Of a DNA stretch of 64,000 bases, positions 29,579 through 40,046 are shown piece after piece. Within the stretch, counting starts at the first letter, position 1. Every line of letters starts with the position of its first letter. The position numbers and the translations under genes were made by a program. The notes under the pieces are model-generated. The model had not been told where the DNA came from and searched no databases. It saw only the letters and a program-made list of their open reading frames with translations. Location: NCBI GenBank assembly GCA_963737265.1, contig CAVTRY010000011.1, positions 1,056,001-1,120,000 on the forward strand. The letters are read 5' to 3'. Origin of the DNA: an uncultured delta proteobacterium. GTDB taxonomy: Bacteria > Myxococcota_A > Polyangia > Fen-1088.

Positions 29579-30598
29579 CTATTGCTCGGTAATCATGAAT
29601 TCGACGCGGCGATTGCGCTCGCGGCCCGCCGCTGTTTTGTTGCTGTCGATGGGTCGATCGGGACCATAGCCCTTTGCCTCCATCCGATCACTACCGATTC
29701 CTTTGCCAACCAAGTAAGCCTTTACCGAATCGGCGCGAGACTGGGATAAGCGAAGGTTGTAGGTGTGGGCGCCTCGGCTGTCGGTATGGCCCTCGATGCG
29801 GACTTGCATCGTTGGTCGTCCGAGCAGAACCGCGGCGACTTCGTCGAGTAAGCCGTAGCTCTTGCTCATAATAACAGCCTTGGCCGTCTGGAAAAAGATC
29901 GACTGTTTGAGTTCGATCTTCTCCGGGGTGACGTTGATGAAGGTCGAACTTTACCGGGCAACCGTCGTTCGAGGCTGGACCAGGCTCGTTCGGACAGCGG
30001 TCGCTTGCGTCGGGGACGCCGTCCTTGTCGTTGTCGGGGTCGGGGCACCCGTCTTCGTCCTCGAACCCATCGAAATCCTCGGGTTCGTTTGGACACTTGT
30101 CGTTGACGTCCAGGATGCCGTCCTTGTCGTTGTCGGGATCGGGACATCCGTCTTCATCTTCAAACCCGTCTTTGTCTTCCGGCTCGGTCGGACACGGTCC
30201 TGGAGGTCTGGAATGCCATCGCCATCGCTGTCGGCCAGAGGATCGGGCGCAGGGTTCGGGGCGATGCGGACGAGCCACCGGCTTCGGACCTTCGGGCACA
30301 ACCGCTCATCCGAAGACAGGCGCAGGGCGGCCTTGGCCGAAGCTTGCGCGGACTCCAGATAGTCCTTGGCGGCAAAGTACTCGCCCGCGTCAAATTCCCT
30401 CTCGGCGAATTCGGCATTCGACTCGCCAGCGGCCAGTTCCCTAGGAGCGCAACGATAGGCACCTTGGCTGCGCGCGATCGCGAGATCCTGGCGCACATCG
30501 CCCAGCCGAAGCGCCAAATCGGATCCCGCACAGCTAACAACACTCGCCAGCGCGAGCGACAAAACGGGCAGGCGAAGGCACCACGGCGCCACGCTCAA
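29579..30598 (-). CDS. OmpA-family lipoprotein with DUF4398 and Ca-binding TSP3-like repeats, two frameshifts (about 30195 and 29945)
   Basis: DGCPDPDNDKDG repeats; IEGHTD..NLRLSQSRA..NRRVEF. Confidence 0.8.
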
Positions 30599-30940
30599 AG
30601 CTCCCCGCAACTCTGGTTTGGTCTGGGAAGTTCCCCGGTGTGCTTGGCCTGCGCGGATCTGGCCAAGGCCGATGCCCGGGCCGAACAGTCCTGGCTGCGG
30701 CGGCCCCAATCGATGGCATTCTGAAAATGGGCGCGGCCCGCGTCTTCGCGTGCCTTGTCGTAGTACAAGCTGGCTTTGGTGAACTCGTACGGGCGCAAAT
30801 TTCTCCGCTCCGTCGGACTTCGCTTGCGCCAACGCCGTGGCCGCACTGCCACTCACTTCTTTCAAATACGCCACGGGCCCGCAGCCGAGGAAGAATAGAA
30901 ATCCCAGCGCGAGCGCGCGAACGTGGCGACGGGGCGGCAC
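30595..30940 (-). CDS. DUF4398-like lipoprotein, frameshift at about 30791
   Basis: Lipobox FLGC; APYEFTKASLYYDKAREDAG. Confidence 0.65.
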
Positions 30941-31191
30941 GACTTGGACGGTAGAAAAATCTTGGAAATCAGTCAAGAAGTCGATGGTCTGTGGTGCGTT
31001 TTGGCCGGGTGAAAAGCGTGGGCTGTCTTTCCGCCGCGGCCCCAAACCGGACAGACTGGGGCGCGAAGTAGGCGAGTGTCGGTGTGTCGCGCACAAATCG
31101 TCTCTTGGGTCGAGCAATCACCTTGATTTGTGCTGCGTTTTCGAGGTATTAGCAAGGTTTCGCTCTTCAATTTCAGTAGCCGGAGGTTCCT

Positions 31192-31446
31192 GTGAAACAG
31201 CTCATCGCCTTTCTCCTTGACCACGCGATGCTCGATTTTTCGGGCGAGCTTACGATCGATATGGTCAAGGACTTCCTTCGCGATGAGGACACCCGCGAGG
31301 CACGCGCCCTCCTCAACAAGATAATGCAAGACGGCGGCGTCGAGGACATGCAAATCACCCTCGCAGACTGCCTGCAAGACAGTCTGCGCACCGGATTGAC
31401 CGAGAACGTCGTCGGCGAGCAGTTGAAGCTCTACGCGGAAAGCTAA
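31192..31446 (+). CDS. Hypothetical protein
   Basis: 84 aa; GGAGG RBS before GTG. Confidence 0.75.
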   Translation: MKQLIAFLLDHAMLDFSGELTIDMVKDFLRDEDTREARALLNKIMQDGGVEDMQITLADCLQDSLRTGLTENVVGEQLKLYAES

Positions 31447-31509
31447 GGCCCGCACCGTCGGCACGTCGCGTCATGAGAGCCCCCGCGAGAGTCATCTGGC
31501 CGCGTGCGC

Positions 31510-33978
31510 TCACGGTTGGCAGCCGAGCGCGCAGGAAAGGCTGATTTCTCCCAATTTCCCTACCGTCACGGTGACGGATCCATCGTGATCCGTTCGCAGC
31601 ACACGGATCCCCCGCCGCGCATAGCGTGCGATGGCAATGGGATTGGGAAGGTTGAACCGGTTGTATCTGCCCGCCGAAACTACCGCCAAACCCGGCGAGA
31701 TCGCGTCGACAAATTCGGGGCTCGAAGCGTATCGGCTTCCGTGATGGGGCATCTTCAGGATGTCGCAGGAGAGCTCCAGTCCGCCAGAACGTTGCCCAAG
31801 AAGCTCAGCTTCTCCGTCCGCGCCAATGTCGCCGGTGAACAAGATTCGGCGCCCAGCATAAGACAACCGGACAACCAAGGATGCGTCGTTTGCCCCGAGC
31901 CCTGGCGGCACGCCGATGACATTGCCCACCCGTGGCCCGAGCGCCTCGACGACAAGACCTGAGCTGGCGAACGACCCCGGCGATGGCGCCGGGACGCCGC
32001 GCTCTTGCGCCAGATGGATGAGATCCCAATAGGCCGGATTGTCGCCGTCGTCGCCTTGGGTCCAAAGCGCGCCGACCGGAAAGCGCCTGAGGATGCGAAA
32101 CAACCCATTCATGTGGTCGGGATGAGGATGAGACAAGAGCACCAGATCGAGCTTTGTGATTCCACGCGCGCGCAGCACCGGCTCGACGATGCGCGCTCCG
32201 GTGTCGAAGTTGCCGTCGTAGTGGCCTCCACCGTCGACCAGAGCGACAAATCCGGCGGGCCCCTCAATCAAAGCCGAGTCGCCCTGCCCGACGTCGATAA
32301 AGGTCACGCGCAGATCGTCCCTGGTTCGCCTCGCCACGTCGCGCGCCAGCAGGCTGCCGATGGCGAACGCCGTGGCCAGCGCGCCGATTGCGAGCCAGCG
32401 CCTTCGATGGCGGCCGCCAGCGCTCAACCCCTGGAGCAGGCAAGCGGCCGCGCAAACCAGCAGGAGCGTCTCGCACCAATTGGGAAATCGCACCAAAATG
32501 ACTGGGGCGAAACGGCGAAAGATATCAGCCAGGGCAAGCGCCACTCGGGCAGCGAACCCCGCCGCGAGCAGGGGCAGCGCGCCCAACCAAGGTCGCGCCA
32601 ACGCAAGCAGCGAGCCGACAAGTCCGCACGGCAACACCACCAGCTCGACGATGGGTACCAGGGCAAGATTGCCCATCGGTGCTGCGGGCGTAATTTCGCC
32701 GAACTGGTGCGCTACCAGCGGCAGGGTCACAAGGCTAGCGGCGGAACTCGCGGAAAGGGATCGAAAAAGCCAGGCCAACGACCGGCGCCAAGGGCCGGAC
32801 CTTCGCGCGAAGTCTGGCGGCAAAAGCCAGCCCGCAAAGAGGCCCAACCCGATGACCGAGGCGAAGGAAAGCTGGAATGAAACATCAAGGAGCGCGAGCG
32901 GCGAAAGCACGAGCAGAACGATGGCCGCGGCGGCAATGCTGGCGGAGATAGAGAGCGGGCGATTGATGACAGCCGCGCCGAGGACGATGGACGCCATGAT
33001 CGCGGATCGAACCGTGGCAACAGCCTCGCCGGTGAGAAGCGTGTAGAGCGCGACGGCAGGCAATGACAGCGCCGACGCCAACGCCTTGGGAGGAACACGC
33101 AGGGACCAGGATGGAAAGCGAGCGATGAGCCTGTGCAAGAAATGAAAGACCAGGGCGGCTACGACCGCCAGATGCAGGCCCGAAACCGACAGAACGTGGG
33201 TGGCGCCCGCGGCCCGGAATCCGTCCTCAACCAGAGGCGGCACGTCGGTCCGCTCGCCGACCACCATGGTGCGCACGAAGCCGGCGGCCGGCTCCGTGAG
33301 GCGGCGGTTGATGGCACGGGACATGGCCTGGCGCAGACGAAATGCGCAGCGCCGAAAGCCGGACAAAAAGCTCGCGCGGCCATGAACCCGGCGCAACTCG
33401 ACTGAGGATCGCAGCGAGGCGACGAGGTCGATCCCCTGCGCACGGGCGAGCAGGCGCGAATCCGGCAAGCCAGGATTTGCATAGCCGCGCGGCACGTACA
33501 GACGACTCGAAAACTGAACCGAGTCGCCGGGAGCAACGTCCGGAACTCCGTCGACGACCGTCAGAGCCACCCGCGCAGAGACGGGTCTACCGTCGACCGT
33601 CCGTAAGTCAACCAGCAAGTGGCACCGCTTGGCAGGAGAGTCTCGCTTGCCTCCAGGCGCCTGGGAAGGGTCGGACACCCCAGCTATCGCCGGCTCGTCG
33701 GTGACGTCTGCTCCGCGCACGATCTCGCCGAAGATGTCCGATGGCTTGTCTTCCTCGATAGCGGCGGGTGCCGTTGCGCGCAGAACCTCCTGGCTGCCCA
33801 ATCCGATTCCGCACGCCAAAGCGATGACCGCCAGTCCCGTTGTCCAAGCTCGCCAACGCACGAGGGGAAGCACAGCCAGCACGGCGAACGCGGCCACGAC
33901 CCACGAAGCCGTCCGCCCGGCCGCGACGGCAAACGCGATCCCGCCGGCGAAGGCCGTGGCCCAGAATGCGAGTTGCAT
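31510..33978 (-). CDS. comEC: DNA uptake channel ComEC/Rec2
   Basis: HVLSVSGLH, SFQLSF, DVGQGD, SHPHPDHMNG and PHHGS motifs. Confidence 0.93.
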   Translation of the reverse strand: MQLAFWATAFAGGIAFAVAAGRTASWVVAAFAVLAVLPLVRWRAWTTGLAVIALACGIGLGSQEVLRATAPAAIEEDKPSDIFGEIVRGADVTDEPAIAGVSDPSQAPGGKRDSPAKRCHLLVDLRTVDGRPVSARVALTVVDGVPDVAPGDSVQFSSRLYVPRGYANPGLPDSRLLARAQGIDLVASLRSSVELRRVHGRASFLSGFRRCAFRLRQAMSRAINRRLTEPAAGFVRTMVVGERTDVPPLVEDGFRAAGATHVLSVSGLHLAVVAALVFHFLHRLIARFPSWSLRVPPKALASALSLPAVALYTLLTGEAVATVRSAIMASIVLGAAVINRPLSISASIAAAAIVLLVLSPLALLDVSFQLSFASVIGLGLFAGWLLPPDFARRSGPWRRSLAWLFRSLSASSAASLVTLPLVAHQFGEITPAAPMGNLALVPIVELVVLPCGLVGSLLALARPWLGALPLLAAGFAARVALALADIFRRFAPVILVRFPNWCETLLLVCAAACLLQGLSAGGRHRRRWLAIGALATAFAIGSLLARDVARRTRDDLRVTFIDVGQGDSALIEGPAGFVALVDGGGHYDGNFDTGARIVEPVLRARGITKLDLVLLSHPHPDHMNGLFRILRRFPVGALWTQGDDGDNPAYWDLIHLAQERGVPAPSPGSFASSGLVVEALGPRVGNVIGVPPGLGANDASLVVRLSYAGRRILFTGDIGADGEAELLGQRSGGLELSCDILKMPHHGSRYASSPEFVDAISPGLAVVSAGRYNRFNLPNPIAIARYARRGIRVLRTDHDGSVTVTVGKLGEISLSCALGCQP

Positions 33979-34007
33979 GCTGGGTTTTCGTCAAGAAGAT
34001 CGAAGAA

Positions 34008-34044
34008 GTTGCGAAAAAGCTGCGAAAAGCTGCGAAAAAGCTGT
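34008..34044. repeat. Short tandem repeat TGCGAAAA(A)GC x3
   Basis: Seen between the tRNA 3' end and the comEC start. Confidence 0.7.
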
Positions 34045-34049
34045 GTCTG

Positions 34050-34123
34050 TCGGGGCGAGAGGATTTGAACCTCCGGCCTTTCGGTCCCGAACCGAACGCG
34101 CTACCAGACTGCGCCACGCCCCG
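34050..34123 (-). tRNA. tRNA-Pro(CGG)
   Basis: CGGGGCG acceptor stem, TTCGG-TTCGGGA-CCGAA anticodon arm, GTTCAAATC T-loop; CCA not encoded. Confidence 0.95.
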
Positions 34124-34238
34124 ATGTTCCCCCTGCCGCGAAGGCTTTCAGGCCGAAACCCGATTGCCCTCCTACGCCGCCAAGGCGGCGAAAATTATCA
34201 CGAACGGGCTCCACCGCCACAAAAAACGCCAAGCGATG

Positions 34239-34457
34239 CTAATTGCCCTCGCCGTCACCAGCCTTCGCCAACGGTGAAGCATCCAGATCCTCCTCGGCGG
34301 CGGCGTTGCTGATGCGATAGTTCGCATCGAGCCAGCCGCCGAGGTCGATGGTCTTGCACCGGCTCGAACAAAACGGGCGAAACGGCGCTGCCCGGTCGGC
34401 CGCCGGGATTGCGCGCTTGCAGATGGGGCAACGTGGGCCCTGTGGATTCTCCGCCAT
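34239..34457 (-). CDS. yacG: DNA gyrase inhibitor YacG
   Basis: CPIC..RPFCSSRCKTIDLGGW. Confidence 0.9.
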   Translation of the reverse strand: MAENPQGPRCPICKRAIPAADRAAPFRPFCSSRCKTIDLGGWLDANYRISNAAAEEDLDASPLAKAGDGEGN

Positions 34458-34518
34458 GGGGAATGTCCTACCACGCCGGCGCGCACCCAAGGCGCTTGCG
34501 TCGTGCTACGGTTGCGCC

Positions 34519-37340
34519 GTGAAATCCGCACTCGCCTTCTGCGCTCTCGCGACCCTGGCCGGTTGTGCTGGGAGTTTCGCGAGCTCTTCGGGCGGGTCGG
34601 CGCAACCAGAGGATGTGGAAGGGAGACCTAAACGCGTGGAATTCAAACTCGATAACGGCCTGGAGGTGGTTCTGGAAGAGAACCACGCGGCACCCGTCGT
34701 GGCTTTTCAGGCTTGGGTAAAGATCGGCTCGGCCGACGAGCCACCCGAGCTGGCTGGCATCGCGCATGTGTTCGAACACATGCTTTTCAAGGGCACGAAG
34801 AAGCGCGGCGTGGGCCAGATCGCTCGCGAGGTGGAGAGCTCGGGCGGCGAAATCAACGCCTGGACCAGTCACGACGAAACCGTCTACCACCTGGTCTTGG
34901 CCAGTCGCTTTTTCGACACGGGCCTCGATATTTTGGCCGACACCCTCATGAATTCCAGCTTCGACGCCGCCGAGCTCGAGCGCGAGCGCAACGTCGTACT
35001 TGAGGAAATCAAGCAAGGCCTCGACGATCCCGAACGGCAGGCCGGCCAGGGGCTTTTCCAAACCGTGTTCGACGTCCACCCCTACGGACGGCCCATCATC
35101 GGCAACGAAGCCACCGTGCGGAAGCTGCGGCGCGACGACATCCTCGCCTTCTTCGCCAAGAATTATGTGGCCAGCAACGTGACGATGGTGGCGGTCGGCG
35201 ATTTTGATGCCACCGCCGCGAAAAAGAAGATAGTGCAGGCATTCGCTGCCATGCCCGAGGGTTCTCGCGTCGGCCCTCGCCCGAGCCAACCCGAGCAAAG
35301 CGCGCTCCGCGTTCAAGCAGCAAGCCGCGACGTCAAAGAGGCGCAGCTCCTGATTGGCTTCCGCACCCCAGCCATCAACCACCCCGACATCGCGGCCCTC
35401 GACCTGCTCGCGGTCTTGCTTGGGCAAGGCGATAGCTCGCGCCTGAATCTGGAGGTCGTACGCAATCGGCAGCTCGCCACCAATACCTCGGCCTACCTGT
35501 TTTCGGCCAGGGATCCCGGTGCCTTGGTCATCGGTGTGAGCTTGTCTCCGTCGCGCATCGAGGACGCCACCCGTGCCGTGCTCGACGAGGTTTTTCGCCT
35601 TACCCAGGAGGAGATCCGGCCCGAGGAACTGGCCAAGGCCAGAACCATCCTGGAAAGCGACCGCGTCTACGACAAGGAAACGGTTCAGGGCTATGCCCGC
35701 AAGCTGGGATTCTTTTCGGCCATCGCCGGCGACGCAAACTTCGAGGAACGCTACCTGGCAGTCCTACAGAAAACCACGGCCGCCGACCTACGTCGGGTCG
35801 CCGCGCAGTATCTGCGGACCGCCAACATGGCCGTCTACGTCCAGGCGCCCGAGCGCAAAGCGAACAAACAGCAGGACAAGGCGGACAGGGTCGCGGCGCG
35901 CGTGCGCGCCGTGGTCGAGGCTGCCCAGGCCCGAGCCAGCGCGCGCTTTGCCCGCGCGACGACGACTGCGCCGGACTCCGATCGCGTGATCCGTCACGTC
36001 TTTCCCTCCGGACTCAAACTGCTCATCCTGCGCGACACCTCGGTGCCCATCGTCGCCCTGCGCGCAACCTGGGTCGGAGGGCTGCGCTACGAAGACGACC
36101 GTTCCAACGGGATTTCCAACATGCTTGCCGCCCTGCTCGCGCGCGGCACCAAGACCCGCAGCGCTGAACAGATCATGAACGAGGTCGAAGGCATGGCGGG
36201 CTCGCTGACTGGGTACGCCGGGCGCAACAGCCTCGGCCTGCAGGCGGAATTCCTGTCCCGCTACTTCGATCGAGGCTTGGATCTCGTGGCTGACTGCCTG
36301 CTCAACGCCACCTTCTCGGAAGATGAGCTGGAAAAAGAACGGCGCATCGTGCTCGACGACATTCGTGCCCAGGAAGACAATCTCGGCCAGGTCGCCTTCA
36401 AGCTATTCCACGCGGCCATGTGGCAGAAGCATCCCTATCGTCTCGATCCCATGGGCAGTGCCGAGTCGATCGCCGGACTCACGCGCCGCAAGCTCATCAA
36501 CCATTACCGCCAGCGCTACAACACGTCGAACCTGACGATCGCGGTGGTGGGCGACGTAGATCCGGCGCGGGTGCGGGCCAAGGTTGCCGCCGTTCTCGGC
36601 GAGGCTCCGGACGGCAAGCTGGAAAAGCCGACGGTGCCGGTCGAGGCCGCGCGCACCGAACCGGTCCAGGTTTTCAAATTCCTGTCCAAGGAACAAGCCC
36701 ACTTCGTGCTCGGTTTCCAAGGCGTCGGCTTTGCCAGCCCGGATCGCTTCCCTTTGGAAGTCCTGGCCTACGCGCTTTCCGGGCAGGGCGGCCGGCTGTT
36801 CACTGAAATCCGCGAAAGGCGCGCCCTCGCTTATCGGGTGAGCGCGTTTTCCATGGAAGGAATCGATCCCGGCTACTTCGCCGTCTACTTCGCCAGCAGC
36901 CCGGACAACCTGGATGAGGCCGTCAAGGTGGTGCGACAAGAGCTTCATGCAGCGGCGGAAAAGGGAATCTCGGCGGACGAGCTAGCGCGTGCCCAGCGCT
37001 ACCTCATCGGCGTGCATGCCATCGGCCTGCAACGCAAGAGCGCTATCGCGGCGGCACTGGCCTTCCACGAGGCCTACGGCCAAGGATGGAAGTCCTACCG
37101 TCAATACGGCGACAACATTATGAAGGTCACGGTGGCGGACGTCGCCCGCGTGGCACATAAGTATCTCGACCCACAGCGCGAGGTCGCCGCGGTCGTCAAG
37201 CCGCCCGCCGAATCGCCGGGTGCAGCGCGCGCCGCGGCCCGCGCCGGTCGGGTTGCGCTGCCGGCGCGAGCAGCCGGCCCAGCGACCAGCGATCGCGTTC
37301 GCAACGATCACGCAGATCGACGAAGACTGGAAGTAGCGCG
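34519..37340 (+). CDS. M16 family zinc protease (lipoprotein); 3' end approximate, reads through into the next gene
   Basis: LAGC lipobox; HVFEH inverted zincin; NAWT; duplicated halves. Confidence 0.88.
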
Positions 37341-37341
37341 C

Positions 37342-38050
37342 GTGGCGGTCCAAGAGAACAGTCCGAGGAATCTCCTTACCAGCCTGATCCTGGTCTTTCC
37401 GCTCTTCCTCATCTACCAGATTGGTGTGCTGTTCACGCTGCCCGTGCTCAATGGGGCGGACTTTGTGACCGTACTGCTCTTCAACTCGCTCGGCCTGACC
37501 ATCAAAGGCTATCTGTTGTTTCTTGCCGCCGTGGTCGCTCTTTTCGCGCTCGCGCTGGCGATGCTCGGACGAAAGCAGCACTTCAACGCCAAGGTGTTCC
37601 TGCCGGTTTTGCTCGAAAGCACCGTCTACGCCCTGACCATGGGATCGCTCATCGTCTTGCTGATGACCAAGGTGCTCGGGATCTCTCCCAACCTGGCCGC
37701 TGGGCTGCCGGCGCAAGGGCTGCTGGCCCGCCTCGTGATGTCGCTGGGCGCGGGCGTTTACGAAGAGGTGGTCTTTCGCCTCGGCTTGCTCGGCGGTCTC
37801 ATCGTCGTTTTCGAGAAGGTGGCGCGAATGAACCGCTGGGCAGCCGTCTTGGGCGCCTTTTTTCTGTCGTCAGCGATCTTCTCGGGCGTGCACTGACATT
37901 CCTCCCTACGGAGACACCTTCGGGCTCGGGTCGTTTGTGTTCCGAGGTCTCGCTGGAGTTGTGTTCGGCGTCTTGTTCAGAACCCGCGGCTTCGCGGTTG
38001 CAGTCTACACCCACGCCTTCTACGACATCTTCGTGCTGGCCATCCGCTAG
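37342..38050 (+). CDS. CPBP (CAAX/Abi) intramembrane protease, +1 frameshift at about 37895
   Basis: YEEVVFR, FSGVH, then VYTHAFYD in the shifted frame. Confidence 0.8.
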
Positions 38051-38072
38051 CTAGTTGGGACGGACCCGGGCC

Positions 38073-38966
38073 CTACTTGTGCTTCTTGTGGCCGTGTTTC
38101 TTGCCCGCTGACTTCTTGTCCGATCGCTTCTTCTTCTCGGCGGCCTTCTTTTTCGCCTTGTCGGCCGAAGGTTTCTTGGCCGCCGATTTCTTGTCGCTAG
38201 CCGACTTCTTCGCCTTCTCGGTCGCTGGCTTCTTCTCGGAAACCTTCTTGGTTGCCTTCTCGGCCGCTGGCTTCTTCTCGACCACGGCCTTTTTCTCGAC
38301 GAGCTGCTTTTTGACCAAGGGCTCTTCCTCGGCGGACTCTTCGGCCCGTTCCTCGACCTTCTTGGCCGGTGGCTTCGCTGGCCCAGCGGCGTCCCTGCCG
38401 GCGACCGACTGTTTGGCGGCCGCCTTGTCAGCCTTCTCGGATGCCTTCGAGGTCCCCTTGGTGCCAGTCTTGGTCGGGACCGCTGAGGACGACGGCAGAC
38501 CGTCATCCTCCCTGCCGACCGGTGAACCGGGGATGTCCTTCCGGTTATGCACGAGAATTCGGCGCGCGTCGGTAAAGGTGACCTCTACCTTGCTTTCGGA
38601 AACCACTTCGGACACGAAGCCCTTACCAAACTTGGGATGGAAGACGATGGCGTTCTCGCGGTAGGTGTCGCGGAACTCATATGGCTTGGCGTTCTTTTCG
38701 CCATGCTTGGCGAAGAACTCTTCCCAGGTGAGCTTTTTCAACAGCGCGCGTTTGCGCGCCGCCACCGGCTCGGGGATATCTTCCTCGGCTTCGCCGCGCG
38801 GCTTGCGAAAGGAATGTACATCCCCACAAGGGTTGCATTGCACGCGGCGGATTTCGTCTTCGTATTTGGAGATGACGACATGAGTCGTGTCGGTCTTGCA
38901 TTTCGGGCAGTACGCCTCAACGTCAGACCCAACCTCGTCGACATCATCCTCGAACATGAAGTCCAT
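38073..38966 (-). CDS. Zn-ribbon + Tudor-like domain protein with histone-H1-like Lys/Ala tail
   Basis: CPKC..CNPC; VFHPKFGKGFV..KVEVTF; EKKPAAEK repeats. Confidence 0.75.
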   Translation of the reverse strand: MDFMFEDDVDEVGSDVEAYCPKCKTDTTHVVISKYEDEIRRVQCNPCGDVHSFRKPRGEAEEDIPEPVAARKRALLKKLTWEEFFAKHGEKNAKPYEFRDTYRENAIVFHPKFGKGFVSEVVSESKVEVTFTDARRILVHNRKDIPGSPVGREDDGLPSSSAVPTKTGTKGTSKASEKADKAAAKQSVAGRDAAGPAKPPAKKVEERAEESAEEEPLVKKQLVEKKAVVEKKPAAEKATKKVSEKKPATEKAKKSASDKKSAAKKPSADKAKKKAAEKKKRSDKKSAGKKHGHKKHK

Positions 38967-39215
38967 GGTTTTAACCTGGTTCTCGATGATTTCGCCTAGT
39001 AACACGTTAGCCCGCTACCTGCAACAAATCCGAATATTTCAGTAAGTGGGGAAAACAGCCAGGAAATGATTATGTTCATTTTGACTGACAAATATCCATA
39101 TTAATTCATTTATTTACGACGTAACAGCAATGTTTCACTTCATCTTCGTCATAGTTGAAGGTGGCCATGGCTTTCGAGTGGCCTGGCAGTGTAGAAAGCG
39201 TGCGCAAACAAACTC

Positions 39216-40046
39216 ATGCGGTATTTTGACGCGAGAATCATAGAAAACCGGTCGCTAGGTGGCGGATATTTTGTGTTGCGTCTAGGGGGCTGCGAGCCGC
39301 TCGCCGCGAGCCGGCCCGGACAATTTATCATGCTGCGTGGCGACTGGGGGAGAGATCCCCTGCTGCCACGCCCCATGTCGCTACTGTCGGTCGCTCCGGA
39401 AGGACGCGCCGACTTGCTGGCCAAGGCGGTCGGAAGGGGAACGACGCTGCTCGATAAATCCACTTCAGGATCGAGAGTGTCGGTGCTCGGTCCGCTGGGA
39501 AATGGCTTCCCCGCCCCGGCGGCTGACGCGCTGGACCTCCTTGTGGCGGGCGGCGTGGGAATGCCGCCGCTTTTCATGCAGGCGGAACACGCGTCCCGGC
39601 GAGGTCTCTCCGACAGATGCGAGATGCTCTATGGCGGCCGAAGCTCCCGCGATCTAGTTTTGCTCGGCGAAATGCGCGCTCTTGGCCTCACAACGCATCT
39701 CGCGACCGAGGACGGTTCGACAGGCCGACGGGGACGGGTGACGGCCTCACTCGAGGCTCGCATCGACTATCATCGTGGCGCTGCACCTCAGCAAAGGCTG
39801 CGGATTATGGCGTGCGGACCGAAGGAAATGTTGTGGGCGGTTGCTCGCATCGCCGAGGGCCACGGAATCGAATGCCACCTTTCGGTGGAGGAGCACATGG
39901 CATGCGGCATAGGCGTCTGCCTTGGCTGTGCGATGCCGTCTCGTTCCCTTCCGTTCCGCTACACCTGCAGTGAGGGCCCGGTGTTCTTGGCATCGGATCT
40001 GGTCATTCCCCAAATCTCCTCCCATTCGCCCGAGGTCACCCGGTGA
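39216..40046 (+). CDS. pyrK: Dihydroorotate dehydrogenase electron transfer subunit
   Basis: PGQF, RPMS, GPLGNGF and MACGIGVCLGC motifs. Confidence 0.92.
   Translation: MRYFDARIIENRSLGGGYFVLRLGGCEPLAASRPGQFIMLRGDWGRDPLLPRPMSLLSVAPEGRADLLAKAVGRGTTLLDKSTSGSRVSVLGPLGNGFPAPAADALDLLVAGGVGMPPLFMQAEHASRRGLSDRCEMLYGGRSSRDLVLLGEMRALGLTTHLATEDGSTGRRGRVTASLEARIDYHRGAAPQQRLRIMACGPKEMLWAVARIAEGHGIECHLSVEEHMACGIGVCLGCAMPSRSLPFRYTCSEGPVFLASDLVIPQISSHSPEVTR

Noticed and set aside
29990-30240. DNA repeats in ompA
   Set aside because: Explained by coding DxDxDG calcium-binding repeats
34050-34123. tRNA as attachment site of the island
   Set aside because: Flanked by core genes; no integrase and no duplicated 3' end found
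39010-39160. AT-rich stretch as foreign DNA or origin
   Set aside because: Short, and lies between divergent genes, consistent with ordinary promoters
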